NCBI RefSeq assembly: GCF_018350175.1
Contig: NC_058368.1
Location: forward strand, 226,550,001-226,614,000
Source of the DNA: Felis catus
Lineage: Eukaryota
DNA length: 64,000 nucleotides
Direction: 5' to 3'
This document shows positions 24,250-36,853 of the stretch, in pieces (the first letter of the stretch is position 1; each line of letters begins with the position of its first letter). Under the pieces are notes generated by a model. It ran no database searches. It was not told the DNA's origin and worked only from the letters and a program-made list of their open reading frames with translations. Position numbers and translations under genes: made by a program.

Positions 24250-24470
24250 CAGTGGGTCTCAGCCAGAGGCAATTCTGCACACAATCCCCCTCCCCAGGGA
24301 GGTCCGGCAACGTACGGACGCGTTCCGGGTTGTCACATGTGGGGTGTGTCGCCGGCATCTAGAGGGTAGAGACCGGGGATGCTGCGAAACATCCTACAAT
24401 GCACAGAACGGCCCCACAGCGAAGAATTACATAGACCCACATGTCAGCAGTGTCAAGGATGAGCCCCATG
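24250..24470 (+). mobile_element. MER20 (hAT-Charlie)
   Basis: CAGTGGgTCTCA...GGTTGTCACA...GGCATCTAGAGGGTAGAG...GGGATGCTGCgAAACATCCTACAATGCACAG...AAGAATTA. Confidence 0.88.
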
Positions 24471-24574
24471 GTGTAGATACACCTGGATTCCATGCATTCG
24501 TAGCCAAATGGTTCTTCACGGTCCAGTCACTTGAATTCTCCGAGACACTGTCACATTTTCAAAATTGTGAGTCT

Positions 24575-24745
24575 TAAGCACTTATTATGCGTTAGGTACT
24601 GTTCTCAGTGTTTTTCTTTCAGTTCGTCAGTATGCCTTCTGAGGTACCATTATTTCCCCATTTTACAGGAGAGAAACTGAGACAGGAAGGGGATGAGGAT
24701 CTTGCCCAACGTAAGAGCTGGTAGAGGAACAGGGCCTAGAAAATG
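24575..24745 (-). mobile_element. MIR
   Basis: AGCACTTATTATG...GGTACTGTTCT...CCCCATTTTACAGGAGAGAAACTGAG...CTTGCCCAA. Confidence 0.75.
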
Positions 24746-25035
24746 CTGGGCGGGTTATCAGAGGCGGTGTCATTGCTACTGATCTCAGATGCTTCAGGAA
24801 ACACTTAAAAGACAGTGAAGAGGGACATCGCCCAGGATCTCTGCATCAAGACCCATTGATCAAAGGAGGCAGAAATCACTCATCGAGTCACGTATTTTTT
24901 TTTCCCATTTGTTCCTATCATACTGGAAACACTGCCTTATGCGTTTTTCTAAAACTAAAATAATTGAGAACTATCACCCTGAGGACAAGCAACAGTAATA
25001 ATATGTAGGACAACAGAGAAAGGAGTAAGAGTACA

Positions 25036-25069
<34 letters not shown>

Positions 25070-25325
25070 ACCCCCCAATATCATGGTGGAGCAAACCGCC
25101 CAGCAAGTGGCAATAGCATCAGCCACTGTCAGTCCTGGGGTTCCTGTCAGGAGCCCAGGGACACGGAAGCAACGGTGTGATGTTCTCCATGTGCATGGCT
25201 TTGCTACTCTAGGAGCATGGGGAACGAGACCGAGTTCACTGGCTCTGTCACTGACAGTAAGTTATGGAGAGGACCTTCCTTGCTGGACCAATTACCCAAA
25301 GGGATTCTAGAATGCTCCTCTCCCA

Positions 25326-25540
25326 GGGGCACCTGGGTGGCTGAGTCGGTTAAGCATTGGACTCCGGCTCAGGTCATGATCTCATGGTTCGTGGGTTCGC
25401 ACCCCGCACTGGTCGAGCTCTGTGCTGACAGCTCGGAGCCTGGAGCCTGCTTCGGCTTCTGTCTCCCTCTCTCTCTGCCCTTCCCGCGCTCATGCTCTGT
25501 CTCTCTCCCCTTCAAAAATGAATAAAAACTTTAAAAAAAA
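25326..25540 (+). mobile_element. SINEC
   Basis: Canonical; TSD core TCCTCTCCCA. Confidence 0.95.
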
Positions 25541-26372
25541 AAGTTCCTCTCCCAATCTCTGTGTAGCCCCTTTTTTGAGCCTCGTCAGCCCCATTACTGC
25601 TTCACATACGTAAACATACTCAGTCACGAAGTCAGCCCACTGTCATCTGACATTGAATGTTACTCGAAATGGAAACCACATGTGTTGTGGTCTCGCTGAT
25701 GGCAGGAAACCTTTAGCCTCAGGCCACTACGCTGTTCCCCAAGTTCACTGTGCACATTTCCTCCAGTAGGACATTCGTAGACAGATGCTGGCTGATCCGC
25801 ATGGACAGCCCTTGGGTAATACCTGTAGGCTACCGTCTATGAATCTCACTTTATAGGACAGTGAAGGGGACAGAACCACACATTTGTTACAGGATTGTTG
25901 GGTTCCATTGTGGATGGCAACCATTGATCTAGTGCCCATCCGCACGTCGCAGGTACTATGACAAAGGTGCTACAATTATCCCCAGCCGGCATAGGTGCTA
26001 GGCAGTATGGTCCCAGTTTGCAGACAGAAGACGAAGGGTCAGGAATGTGCTTGCAGCTGGGAGCCGGCATTCGAATTTGTGGGGTCTGCTCGCAACAGTC
26101 TGCCTCCGGCCAGGGGACAGGTATTAACCTACACACATAGCTGCCAAAGAAATGATATAACGCTCTCAATACGTAACGAAGGAGAAACAGAAGAGAAGCA
26201 AATGGCAATAAAATACCATGCCTTTAAATTTGCGATCGGTCAGACTCCACCAGGGAAGATGCGAAGCTAGTTGTCATGCCTCAAGCTGCACGGGGAAGTT
26301 CTGACTCAGAGTCCTGCCATCCCTCAAGGGGAAGGGTCATGCCGTCCTCGGAAAATACGATACATACTCATT

Positions 26373-26375
<3 letters not shown>

Positions 26376-26416
<41 letters not shown>
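26376..26416. repeat. (CA)n microsatellite
   Basis: Direct reading. Confidence 0.95.
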
Positions 26417-26420
<4 letters not shown>

Positions 26421-26499
26421 CAAAAAACAAAAAGCTTCCCGTTTACAAAGACAAAGGAGTTAGATCCTAGACGCCAACCATTATTAAATAATTTTTTAG

Positions 26500-26712
26500 C
26501 CTCCACGAATGTCCAGTGAACTCACAAACGTTTCTTCATTGTCTTTGTTGTGCACGACTCTTCCACGTGCTGCAGGGTCATTAGCATCCCTTTCCTTCTC
26601 AATCGGAATCCCGGGAGCTCCCCTCCAGTCATTATGATAACCAAATGCGTGTTCACGACTTTGACCCCAACAGTGCCTTGAGAGTTGTGCCACACCAGTT
26701 AGGAAGCATTCC
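26500..26712 (-). mobile_element. MER20-like fragment (degraded)
   Basis: TCTTTGTTGTG...TTAGCATCCCT...CCAGTCATTATGATAACCAAA resembles reverse MER20. Confidence 0.5.
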
Positions 26713-26730
26713 ACCAGGTCAGTGATATCA

Positions 26731-26733
<3 letters not shown>

Positions 26734-26811
<78 letters not shown>
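26734..26811. repeat. (TC)n(CA)n compound microsatellite
   Basis: Direct reading. Confidence 0.95.
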
Positions 26812-26814
<3 letters not shown>

Positions 26815-28504
26815 GTCCTACAGTTCTATGAAACGATCATCCATCATACTGCATTAAATGCATTTAGAATTAGCACTACGTAGTAAAAACAAACCCATGG
26901 AGCCTCCCTCATGGAGACTGAAGGTACGAGAAGCATAAGAAGCAACTCTAAGTGGGGAATGAGCCTCTGGCCCTTGTCTCTGAATGTCTTTTTCTGCTGC
27001 CACAATTTGGAGCCACTAAGACTGATACCAGGCCAGCGGGAGTTAAGCTCAGAAGTCTGGAGAGCAAAAGGCAGCAGTTATATTCCAGGGCTTTTGAATT
27101 CTAATCAGCCATGTGGATTTATTTCTGACGATTTTCCAAAGATAGGGTTTCCTCTAAAGGGGTTTTGGTATGATTATAGCCACCTATCCTAATCCAAGGT
27201 GGCCTTAGAGTGTGATTCTGTCTCATGCTTTCACTTGTATGCTTTTAATGGGGGCTGGAGAGAATTTAATCATGGGAGTAGATAGTGTGGTATTCTAATT
27301 CATTCAACAAACATGTGAGCTCCACAACCTGCCAGACCTTGAGTTCAGATGAAAGGACAGGCTCACTTGGTACCCTACATAGTTACTAAATCCATGTGAT
27401 GATTCTAGAATTTCTCCGGCCCAAATAGAGGTGGTCTTCATTTAATTAGAACTATCTTTGGCCTTGAGCTTGACAATCAGGACACCATGCCTGAAGCCCA
27501 GTGGGTGGTCACCATGCTTCTTGGCTCGATGGTCCAATCCATTAAAAGTTAAGTAGGTCACAATTTCTGAAAGTTTTTCCTTCCAAAAATTTACATTTTC
27601 AAGCATCGCTGCATTTCCAAGCTATTAAAAATCCAGTAACTAAAGATACAGGTCCAAAAAAGTCAATTTCACCTTCTAAATTACATTGAAAATGATATAA
27701 ATTGAGGTTTTTGTAATTCTGTATGTTTAAGTCTTGGATAAAATGCAGGAATTAAAATAATATCCCCAGAGGTCAATATACTTTGTTCATTGCTACACAG
27801 GGAGAGGTTGGGAGAGAAAAAGAACACAAGTAAAGCAGGAACAAGGCCCCTAACTCAGGTAATAGAGCTTCCAGTCAAGATCGGGTGGTTTAGGTAGAAG
27901 GACCACGGAGGTTTTGTTTGGTTTGATATTGAAACCTTTTCACTGTGTGCTTGGAAATTAATTTAAATACTGTCACATTTATCAAACAACAGTTCATTAC
28001 GTAAATGTGTTGGCTCTGTCCAACATGGGGCTTTCTAAATCTGAGTGTGCAACAGACAACGTAATAACAAGATACTCTGGTCTCTTTATGATCTTGAAGG
28101 ACTTCAATGGAGAGTTGATCTCACCTGCACATCAAGTGCAGAACAAAAGTCTATGTGAAATTGACCACGTTTTAAAGTACTTGGAGTGACCCAGTCAACA
28201 AAGCCATTCAGACAGCTCACTGGATGCATTTGGAACTATTGTCCAACACTATTTTGTTATGTTCAGTCCCTAACCCACTCATAAGGGCATTCCTAAAAAA
28301 CCACACACCATCTGGTCTCTCTGTTCTCCAGCAAAGACACCAAGAGGACCATTGTTACAAAACCTTGTTTTCCTGGTACGGTTTTGTGTATTTGCACATC
28401 TGCTCTGCCCTCAGCTACCTAACTTGAATACCAGGCTGGTGACTTCAGATTTAAGATTGCATCATGAGAAGGCCCAGCAAGGTGAAATGCAGAATATGCC
28501 GTGA

Positions 28505-28730
28505 TAATAACTTTATTTGTTGAGTGTTTCCTATGTTCCAGACATAGTGCTAAACTCTAGACACATATTCTTTCATTGAATCTTGGTGACAGCATGTGAA
28601 GAAGACAACAGCATTGTCACCCCAGTTTATAGATGAGGACACTGAGGCACCGAGTGGCAAGAAAAAAGTGGCCACGGTCATAAATAGGGCAAACAGCAGA
28701 GCTGGGATTTGAATCCTAGTATGACAGTCA
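28505..28730 (-). mobile_element. MIR
   Basis: TTGAGTGTTTCCTATGTTCCAGACATAGTGCTAA...CCCAGTTTATAGATGAGGACACTGAGGCAC...GAGCTGGGATTTGAATCC. Confidence 0.85.
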
Positions 28731-29949
28731 AGAAAGAAATTTGTTCAGTAGCCTTCTGAAACATGCAACCCACATTTTGTCAGCACTACAGAAATAAATG
28801 GAATATTCTACTATCCCCCCCCCCATACATTTCATCCTGACATTTGAACGACACTAAATGCCAATCCTTCCCCCTGAGGTATTCACCCCAGGCCTTCAAG
28901 GTAAAGTTGTTCTTATTGCGTGCGTGGAGATGCTATCTATGATTTTGTCCTCCCTAACTGAATCATAAGAACCACCCTCCTCCTCCACCACCACCATTCG
29001 GCTGCAGTGACGCCAGCCGCTTCCAAATACCCTTTTACCTTCTCTGTACACGAATCTGGGAAGCATATGCAAGATGCGTTTGCACGTTTTAGGGACTCCG
29101 TGTCACGTGCAACGCTGCATCCAGGCTTATGACATTCACACTACGGACATAATTAAAATTTTGAAAATGATTTTCCCAAGTGCATTCATGATCTTTATTA
29201 TTTGTTCACACTCAAGAGTAAGGCTTTTTTCTTGTTGTGGAAGCAATGCCTCTGTCTGGATTGATACTGCCACCGGGAAAAGTGTTGAATAAGGTAGGAT
29301 CTTACAAAACATCACAAGCAGAAAAAAAAAATCTCTATTCAGAGAAGTATTGAGCCCTACAAATAGGAAACACTTTGTCAGTTTTCTCTCCAACAACACT
29401 GCGGTGGCCATTTCTGTCTTCACCATCACAGATCTGTTGACATCCCATTGTAACCTAATGATAAATTTAACACATTTATTATGTTGTCCATGTAATGTGT
29501 CTGAGAAAAGAAAGATCTTGTTGTTCCTTTTTAACTTTCTATGAACCACGTAAGTCATTCTCTCTCCCTCCCTCCCTCCTGCAGGGGCCACACTGTGAGC
29601 AAATTTCCTCAGATACTATGGCGAACAAGACAGCCACGTCCACACAGTTTACAGCTTTGTGACTTCTATACATAGATGCAGTTGACTTTCACAGACAGCA
29701 TGGCATGACACGAAAGGACAGGATGTTGGGGCTGGGGAGGATCCGAGTTCATCCCATGCAGGGTCCTTATCTAGACGATGAGGACGCTGAGCACCAGAGA
29801 AAGGAACCTTCTTGCCTGAGGCTAAGTAGCTAGTTAGCACATGTAGAAATCTACATGGACTACAAGGACTGTAGATTCCTTCCAGTCAATGTCTGATTTC
29901 TTTCAACCCACGTCTGGCTGATTTCTTTCAACCCCTATTATCAATTCTC

Positions 29950-31140
29950 TTCACTCCATGAAATAAAAAAAAATCTTCGGAAACGTATTCATATGCTGAG
30001 AAAGAGAAATGTTACGCCCTCCTTGTTGGCAATCCTTCCACGGATTCCCTCCAGCTGCCGGATACTTTCTATACACCTTTGTGTGATCTGGCCTCTGCCT
30101 ACTTTTCTGTTTCCTGCTGAGCAGCCCCATTTAGTCTATAGCCACCTGCAATTGCCCAAAAGGGCCATGGTCTCTCCCTCATTCACACAGTTTGCTTGAC
30201 CGATACAAACCCCATGCCGGTGACGTGCCAGCTGTCCAGAGACACCAGGGACAGCCAGTTCTTGCTGTAGGCGGAGCTCGCATTCAAATGTATTTGTTTC
30301 CCATTGCTGATGTAACAAACAACCAGGAACACAGGGGCTTAAAACAACACAAACTACCATCTCCCAGTTCCAGGGGTCTGAAGTCCAAAGTGGGTCTTAC
30401 AGGGCTAACATCAAGGCGCTGACACGGCCGAGTTCTCGGTGGAGGCTTTAGAGCAAAACCCATCTCCTTGACACGTTCAGCTTCTTGAGGCCACTGGCAG
30501 GCGGTGGCTCCTGGCTTTTTCCATCTTCAAAAACAACAGCATCGCCCCTTTCAGTCTCTCTCTACCTCTGACGACCGCTCCTTTGTTAAATCTCTTTCTC
30601 TGTCACCGGCTGTCTCCCTCTTATCAGGACCCATGTGATTGTATCAGGCCCGCTCAGACCACCAGGATAATTTCTTCATCTCAAGATCCTTAACCACACC
30701 TGCTAAGTCCCTTTGACCATCCGAGATAACACATCAAGGGTTCTGGGAGGTTGGACGTGGACACCTTTGGGGCCATTATTCTGCCTGGCATGTTTGCCCA
30801 TCGTTGATTATGTTTCTGAAAATATCTCTCTCTGTATGCTCGACCTACTTAGCCTCTGCCCCCCAGATCAGCCACCATTACCTGACCCGCACCCACCCAG
30901 GTAGATGCACCGCTTACCTCTTCTCTATACTACTTTGCATATATCTTTCTCATAGGATGTATCATATTATAGTATCATTGGCTTGCCCCCCTTACCAGAT
31001 CGTAAATTCAGGGGGAGCAGGTTCTTAGGCTCATGCATTCATGCAGCCCCCTAAGTCGGTACACAGATCTATGAGGACTATCTCAACAATAACTATGTGG
31101 GCAATGAATAGATGGAAGAAAGGAGGGAAGGGTGAGGGGG
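29950..31140 (+). mobile_element. L2 fragments flanking the MLT1D
   Basis: AATCCTTCCACGGATTCCC, TGATCTGGCCTCTGCCTAC upstream; CCAGATCGTAAATTCAGGGGGAGCAG...CTCAACAATA downstream. Confidence 0.5.
30289..30790 (-). mobile_element. MLT1D-like solo LTR inside an L2
   Basis: TGTATTTGTTTCCCATTGCTGATGTAACAAA...GGCTTAAAACAACACAAA...CATCTCAAGATCCTTAAC...TTTGGGGCCATTATTCTGCCT. Confidence 0.88.
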
Positions 31141-32859
31141 TGGACAGCATGGACTAATGGTAGCATGTTGTGATTTAAACTGTATCATATGCATAATATT
31201 GAGAATTAGTATGTTGTATGCCTGAAACTGTTACCTATCAATTACATCTCAATCTGAAAGATGTAGACTATATTGAAAATGATCGAAATTATCTCAATGT
31301 GGGAGAAATACTAAAATATTCTTAACTTTTCATCACTTCGAACTTCAATGGGGCTTTGTATTCTTAAATTGTACTGTGTATAGAGCCCTTAGGAAGCACT
31401 GCGGGGAAGCCCTTGCATGTTTTCCATACAAGGAAACTGCAGTTTAAGGAAGTTAAGGGGTCCAAACATGGAGGAGGAAGGGGAAAGAAGTCATGCACTT
31501 CAAGCCCCCATCTTTGCACTTATAGAAGAAAATGATTAGAAGTGAGGATTTTGGTAAAATTATTGCCTACAGTTTCTTCTCTAACTTGGATTATTGTCAA
31601 AGAGAAAGATAATTTTTTCTAGGGCTAAAACTCCTTAACTTTCTTAAAAGCCACGCCTCCCACTGCCTACGCTTTTATGGGGGTACGTTCCATATTAACA
31701 GCTGCGCTTTTATAAATATGCTTCGAGAAGGATCTTTGCTGTGAAATTTCTTTCCTTCTGAAATCCATGAAAATTTCCACCCTCTTTTTGGTGTTCCAGA
31801 GCACGTGGTTTATTTCTTCTTAAAGGGGGGGCCCTCTCGTGGGACCTGGGGACAGATGTGGTTTTACAGAAAGCCTTGGGTGGGAATTCCTGAAGAGTCC
31901 AAGGGTGACAGAGGCCCTAGAGGGGTCAGGTGGTTCCCTGAAGTTGTTCGAGTCTGGTACAATTCTGGTATAAAGCCACTAGACCCAAAGGTGCCTCAGT
32001 ACAATACCACACATACACACACTTTCAGCTGATTAATTACAAATAACTACGAACCATTACTTGTGAGTTGCGGGCTTCAAGAAAAATAAAAGACAAAGTT
32101 AAGGGCTCCAGAGTCTACTTCTAGGTGCTCCTGAATCAGTGGTTAATTCTACATTTGAAAGAGAAATTTCCTGCATTTCAAATGAGTAAGCAGTATCAGC
32201 AATAACAACTTCACCTTTTATTTTGCTCTCCTGTTCTATTTACAACCTGTCCTTGGCCTCTGTAAACATTATAAGAAAGATAATTAGGGCTACAGTTTAC
32301 TTACCACGACCAGACACTGCCTAAAGCTTCAGATCTGAGAAATGAAACTAGGTGATTCCATATGCTCAAAATTTCTTTTACTGCCCTCTTCAACAAATAG
32401 AAAATCTCAGACAGTAAAGTGTTTTTCCAGTGTCTGATACAAGCTGAAGACTTTCCAATCAGACATAAACACTTTTGAAGCCTGGAGGCAGGGGTAACAG
32501 ACTGTATCCATCAGTTAGGTTGTAGCCTACACAAACATGTAGTTATTAAATTGCTCTCCTCTTAACCGAGAGCCACTTGGGGGTTCTGTCCAGGAAATAT
32601 GTTATCATCTTCTTGGGCATCAATTACTCCCTGATAAATACAATTGGATTTTCTCAGCTGGATAGAAAGGTTTTACAACAATGGACTATAAAAAAGAAAG
32701 TATTGAACAAGCTCCCTACAAGATCATTTAAAAGCAATATTTTACTTATATGCCAAAGTAAGATGGAGTATTAAAGTGCCATTCTCTGCCATTAAAGATA
32801 AAGATCAATTTTGAATGGTACGTTAGGCGTAAGTGGTAATGATACACCTATACGTTCAC

Positions 32860-33250
32860 TCAACCTGTCTTATTTTGTTTCCCTCCCAAAATACACAGTA
32901 AGGTACATTTCCAACCTTCCTCTGTGTTAACCTTAAGTAAGTTCATGGGATTGAATCTGGCCAATGGAATAGAGACACAGCTGACAGGACACATCATACC
33001 TGGCCGTAAACTCCCTCACAGCCTGAGTACTATCTCTTCTTATTTTGTGACAGTTTTGGAAGTCACACGTTGACCATGATGAACAAAGCCTGGGTTCCCA
33101 AATGTCTAAATGACATAATGGAGCTGAATTCCCTCCCCTTCCCCTGCCTCTGACCACATTGGTCTATGACGTAATTAAGCAAAAAGCTTTTACTATATTA
33201 AGTCGCTGATATTTTAGGTGTTCATTGCAACAGTCAGCATATTCTGAATA
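32860..33250 (+). mobile_element. Old MLT1 (H/I/J-like) LTR remnant
   Basis: CATTTCCAACCTTCCTCTG...TCTGGCCAATGGAAT...AGCCTGGGTTCCC...TTAAGTCGCTGATATTTTAGG. Confidence 0.6.
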
Positions 33251-33554
33251 ACCCGGACCTGAATTATCTGAGTGACTGGTACGCTGTGTTTACATAAACC
33301 TAGTCTAAATGAAACAAACCAGAGATTTCTTATTCCTTGAGAGAAATCGTCATGCCTGGGCAGCACAGTTATGCTCTACCATCAAAAACATAAAACAAAA
33401 TTCATTTTCCTTATGCCCTTACGCTCCTTGTTCCTGTATTTCCTAAAAAAGGCAAAATGAAAATGCAAACGTAAGATAAGCACAAAAACCAATATTAATT
33501 CTTTATACTTGGTTCAAATGTAATCACAGGATAAATGACTACATTAAAACCGTA

Positions 33555-34100
33555 TTTTAAAAGTCTTTCTCTGATTACAAAAGGAATACAGTTTAGTGTA
33601 GAAAAAAGAAGACATATACAAAAATGGAAAGGAAGAACTAAAAATCACCATTATCATACCCTCCATCGGTAACCACTATTCACAGGTTTGCACAAACCAT
33701 CGCGGTCTTTTCTCTGTGTATGCATGTGAGTGTATAAATACATATTCAATTTTACAAATTTGTAATCGTACACTTTCAATAATCCCTTTAAATATTTTTC
33801 AATAAGTTAGAATGTTTCTTCTACAAAATCATTTGTAAAGCTGCATATGAATATACTTTGTTTACAAAATCTCCTACTATGAATATTTATATTTTTTTCA
33901 AATGTCGTTAGCAGAAGCAATGCTAAAGTAAATAAACCTGTAGAGAAATCTTTGCCACCTCTTTAATCGCATTTTTTGAATAAATTCCCCTGGCTGAAAT
34001 TGATGAATCTGAGAATATGACTTTCTGGAAAGGTTTTTGACACAAATGGCCAAATTATCCTCCCGAAAGGCTGTACCAATTTATGTTCCTATCGGGTTTA
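33555..34100 (-). mobile_element. Ancient L1 (L1ME-like) 3' region
   Basis: CTGATTACAAAAG...AAAAATCACCA...GATAAATTCC-like...CCAAATTATCCTCCCGAAAGGCTGTACCAATTTA. Confidence 0.7.
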
Positions 34101-34471
34101 TCATGTTCTTCACATTGATTCCTATATCTCTCAACAGATTTATGTCCAAATGCTATGTGTACCTATTTATTCACATCTTTTAATAATTGCATTCTCCCAG
34201 ATGATTCTTTGTGGCATATAAAACCACTACTAATCATTGCCTTTTCCTTTCCATTCTAATTAATGGCATGGACTTTGGGGTCCCCATAGGGTAGGGTGTC
34301 TAACTTTACTTTAAGCATTATTTCCTCATTTAGATTATAGGAATAACTAAAACAACAGCTCTCAATGAGTTATTACAACCACTCACTAAAATATTACATA
34401 GAAGGCATTCAGCACAGTATCAAAGTACCTGATAAGTAATTAATACAATTCAGTAAAATGATACACTAACA

Positions 34472-34658
34472 GGGATGCCTGGATGGCCCAGTTGGTTAAG
34501 CATCACTCTTGGTTTTGGCTCAGGTCATGATCTCATGGTTCATGAGTTCGAACCACACTGGGCCCTTTGCTCTCAGTGTAGAGCCTGCTTCAGATCCTCT
34601 GTCCCCTTCTCTTTCTGTCCCTCCCCTGCTCTCTATCACTCTCTCTCTTGAAAAAATA
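34472..34658 (+). mobile_element. SINEC
   Basis: Canonical; TSD GATACACTAACA. Confidence 0.93.
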
Positions 34659-34999
34659 AGATACACTAACAGAGTATCAAATACATTTTCAGAAATCTAC
34701 ACATTTAGATGAATGTCACTGACATAGATTGAAGCTTGTTCACAATTATGATGTCAGTGAGCTTCAGCTAGCATTTATTCATCACAACTTATCTGGTAAT
34801 TTCTAACTGACATCTCATCTTTACAACTGTTTTCCCCTACTTTGGATACATTAATTGGAAGTCTACTGAAATCCAAACACAACCCAGTAAAAGACCACGT
34901 GACCGATTTGAGCCTGGTTCTTTTTTCTCTATTTGACTATAGGACAGGAAGATAAAACTAGATAGATTTCTGACTCTTGGAGTAATTTATCCCCTAAAA

Positions 35000-35265
35000 T
35001 ACCTGCGTAGTGCAGTTGTTTAGGTTGTGAATTGCACAAGGGTGACATATCTAATAGGCTGTAATTCACATCTAGTTACCTTTTACTATGACTTCATTAC
35101 ATCCAGAGATAAGTATTTATGAGACAATTTTCCCAAAAAATGGCAGTGAATTCTTTTTCTAATGAACTTAACAGAATAATTTTCTAGTAATTGGAAAGGA
35201 AATGTCTCAGGAGGAATTACCTTTTTCAAAAGCACAGGAAGCCATCACGTAGCAGTCACTTTGTC
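35000..35265. mobile_element. Possible hAT-Tip100 (MER91-like) MITE remnant
   Basis: GCAGTTGTTTAGGTTGTGAATTGCACAAGGG at the left end and CCTTTTTC..GCACA..GCCAT..TAGCAG at the right end resemble recalled MER91 termini. Confidence 0.35.
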
Positions 35266-35375
35266 CTCAGTGGCTTCAGTAGTTTGCAGAAGTGATTAAA
35301 GCACCGAACAAAATTGCATTCAATTGTGAATGCGGATACTTGTACCACAAACAAAAGTTCAATTAAAACTTGTCT

Positions 35376-35538
35376 GGGGCGCCTGGGTGGCTCAGTCGGT
35401 TAAGCATCCGACTTCGGCTCAGGTCATGATCTTGCGGTTCGTGTGTCCGAGCCCTGCATCAGGCTCTATATTGACAGCTCGGAGCCTGGAGCCTACTTCG
35501 GATTCTGTGTCTCCCTCTCTCTCTCTGTCCCTCCCCTG

Positions 35539-35574
<36 letters not shown>

Positions 35575-35625
35575 AATAAGTAAACGTTAAAAAAATTTTT
35601 TTAATAAAAAATCAGAAAAAAGAAA
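35376..35625 (+). mobile_element. SINEC
   Basis: Canonical, CpG-rich; TSD core AACTTGTCT. Confidence 0.95.
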
Positions 35626-36249
35626 CAACTTGTCTGTATCACCTATTAGAAATCCATATTGGATAATCTACCTCTCTGTTTCCTCCAATCATGTAATGGA
35701 GGCATTTTGGCAATATGCTTAGTAAACAAAAATATAACATTTTTTTCTTTTTAATCTCAATTTTTTCGTTGGTACAAATGTCTATATTTTATTCCATTTT
35801 CAGGGTTATCGCCATTTCATTTCTTTTTTTTGCTCATGACTGAATTGTTAGATGTGGCTAATTAACTCTCTTTCTATGGAATAGTGAGTGCATAGTCCTC
35901 TAAGACTTCCCCCAAAACAGGGCAGCCAGAAAGCCTTTACCATCTAAAAATTCATTCGGCACTCAGGCGTCCAACAGATACTGGCACTCTTGTATTTACT
36001 GTTCTTTTTAAGAAAAAACAATGTAACTTTCCACAACTATATTCATGAAATACATTTTAACTTTGGTACTTGAGTATGAGAGGGAGAGCATTCTGGAAAA
36101 CAAAAGTAAAATAAATACAGTATCCTAGGGGAGCTTATATTTTCCAATCTTAATTAACATGTAGACAGTTTCCCAGCAAAGCCACCAGAATGGCGTGTAA
36201 CCTACTGAAAAACTGAACTGGAAAACCTTAATTAAAAACTAATCACATC

Positions 36250-36471
36250 GGGGTGCCTGGGTGGCTCAGTCCAACTTTGAAGTGTCCAACTTTGGCTCAG
36301 GTCATGATCTCAGGGCTCATGAGTTCGAGCCCCACGTGGGGCTCTATGCTGACAGCTCAGAGCCTGGAGCCTGCTTCCAATTCTGTGTCTCTGTCTCTCT
36401 CTCTGCCCCTCCCCTGCTTGCACTCTGTCTCTCTCTCTCAAAAATAAATAAGCATTAAAAAAATTATAAAA
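36250..36471 (+). mobile_element. SINEC
   Basis: Canonical; imperfect TSD AACTAATCACATC/AACTATAACCACATC. Confidence 0.95.
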
Positions 36472-36610
36472 GAACTATAACCACATCTAAAATAGGGGTG
36501 TTAAGAGGCATTGCAGTAGGCTAGCTAAAGCACAATCCATAATAGTCCATTCAACTGTTAAGTCAGGTTTCAAGAGGGTGTTTTATCAGCATTTAGAAAA
36601 AAACAAGTGA

Positions 36611-36777
36611 GGGGCTGCCGGGTGGCTCAGTTGGTTAAGTGTCCAACTTTGGCTCAGGCCATGATCTAGCAGTTTGTGGGTTTGAGCCCCACATCGGGCT
36701 CTGTGCTGACAGCTCAGAGCCTGGAGCCTGCTTCGGATTCAGGGTCTCCCGCTCTCTCTGCCCCTCCCCCACTCATG

Positions 36778-36820
<43 letters not shown>

Positions 36821-36853
36821 AGATAAACATTAAAAAAAAACCTTTAAAAAAAA
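36611..36853 (+). mobile_element. SINEC
   Basis: Canonical; TSD AGAAAAAAACAAGTGA. Confidence 0.95.

Noticed and set aside
29893..29934. 17-bp direct repeat CTGATTTCTTTCAACCC
   Set aside because: Ordinary short tandem duplication with no sign of function.
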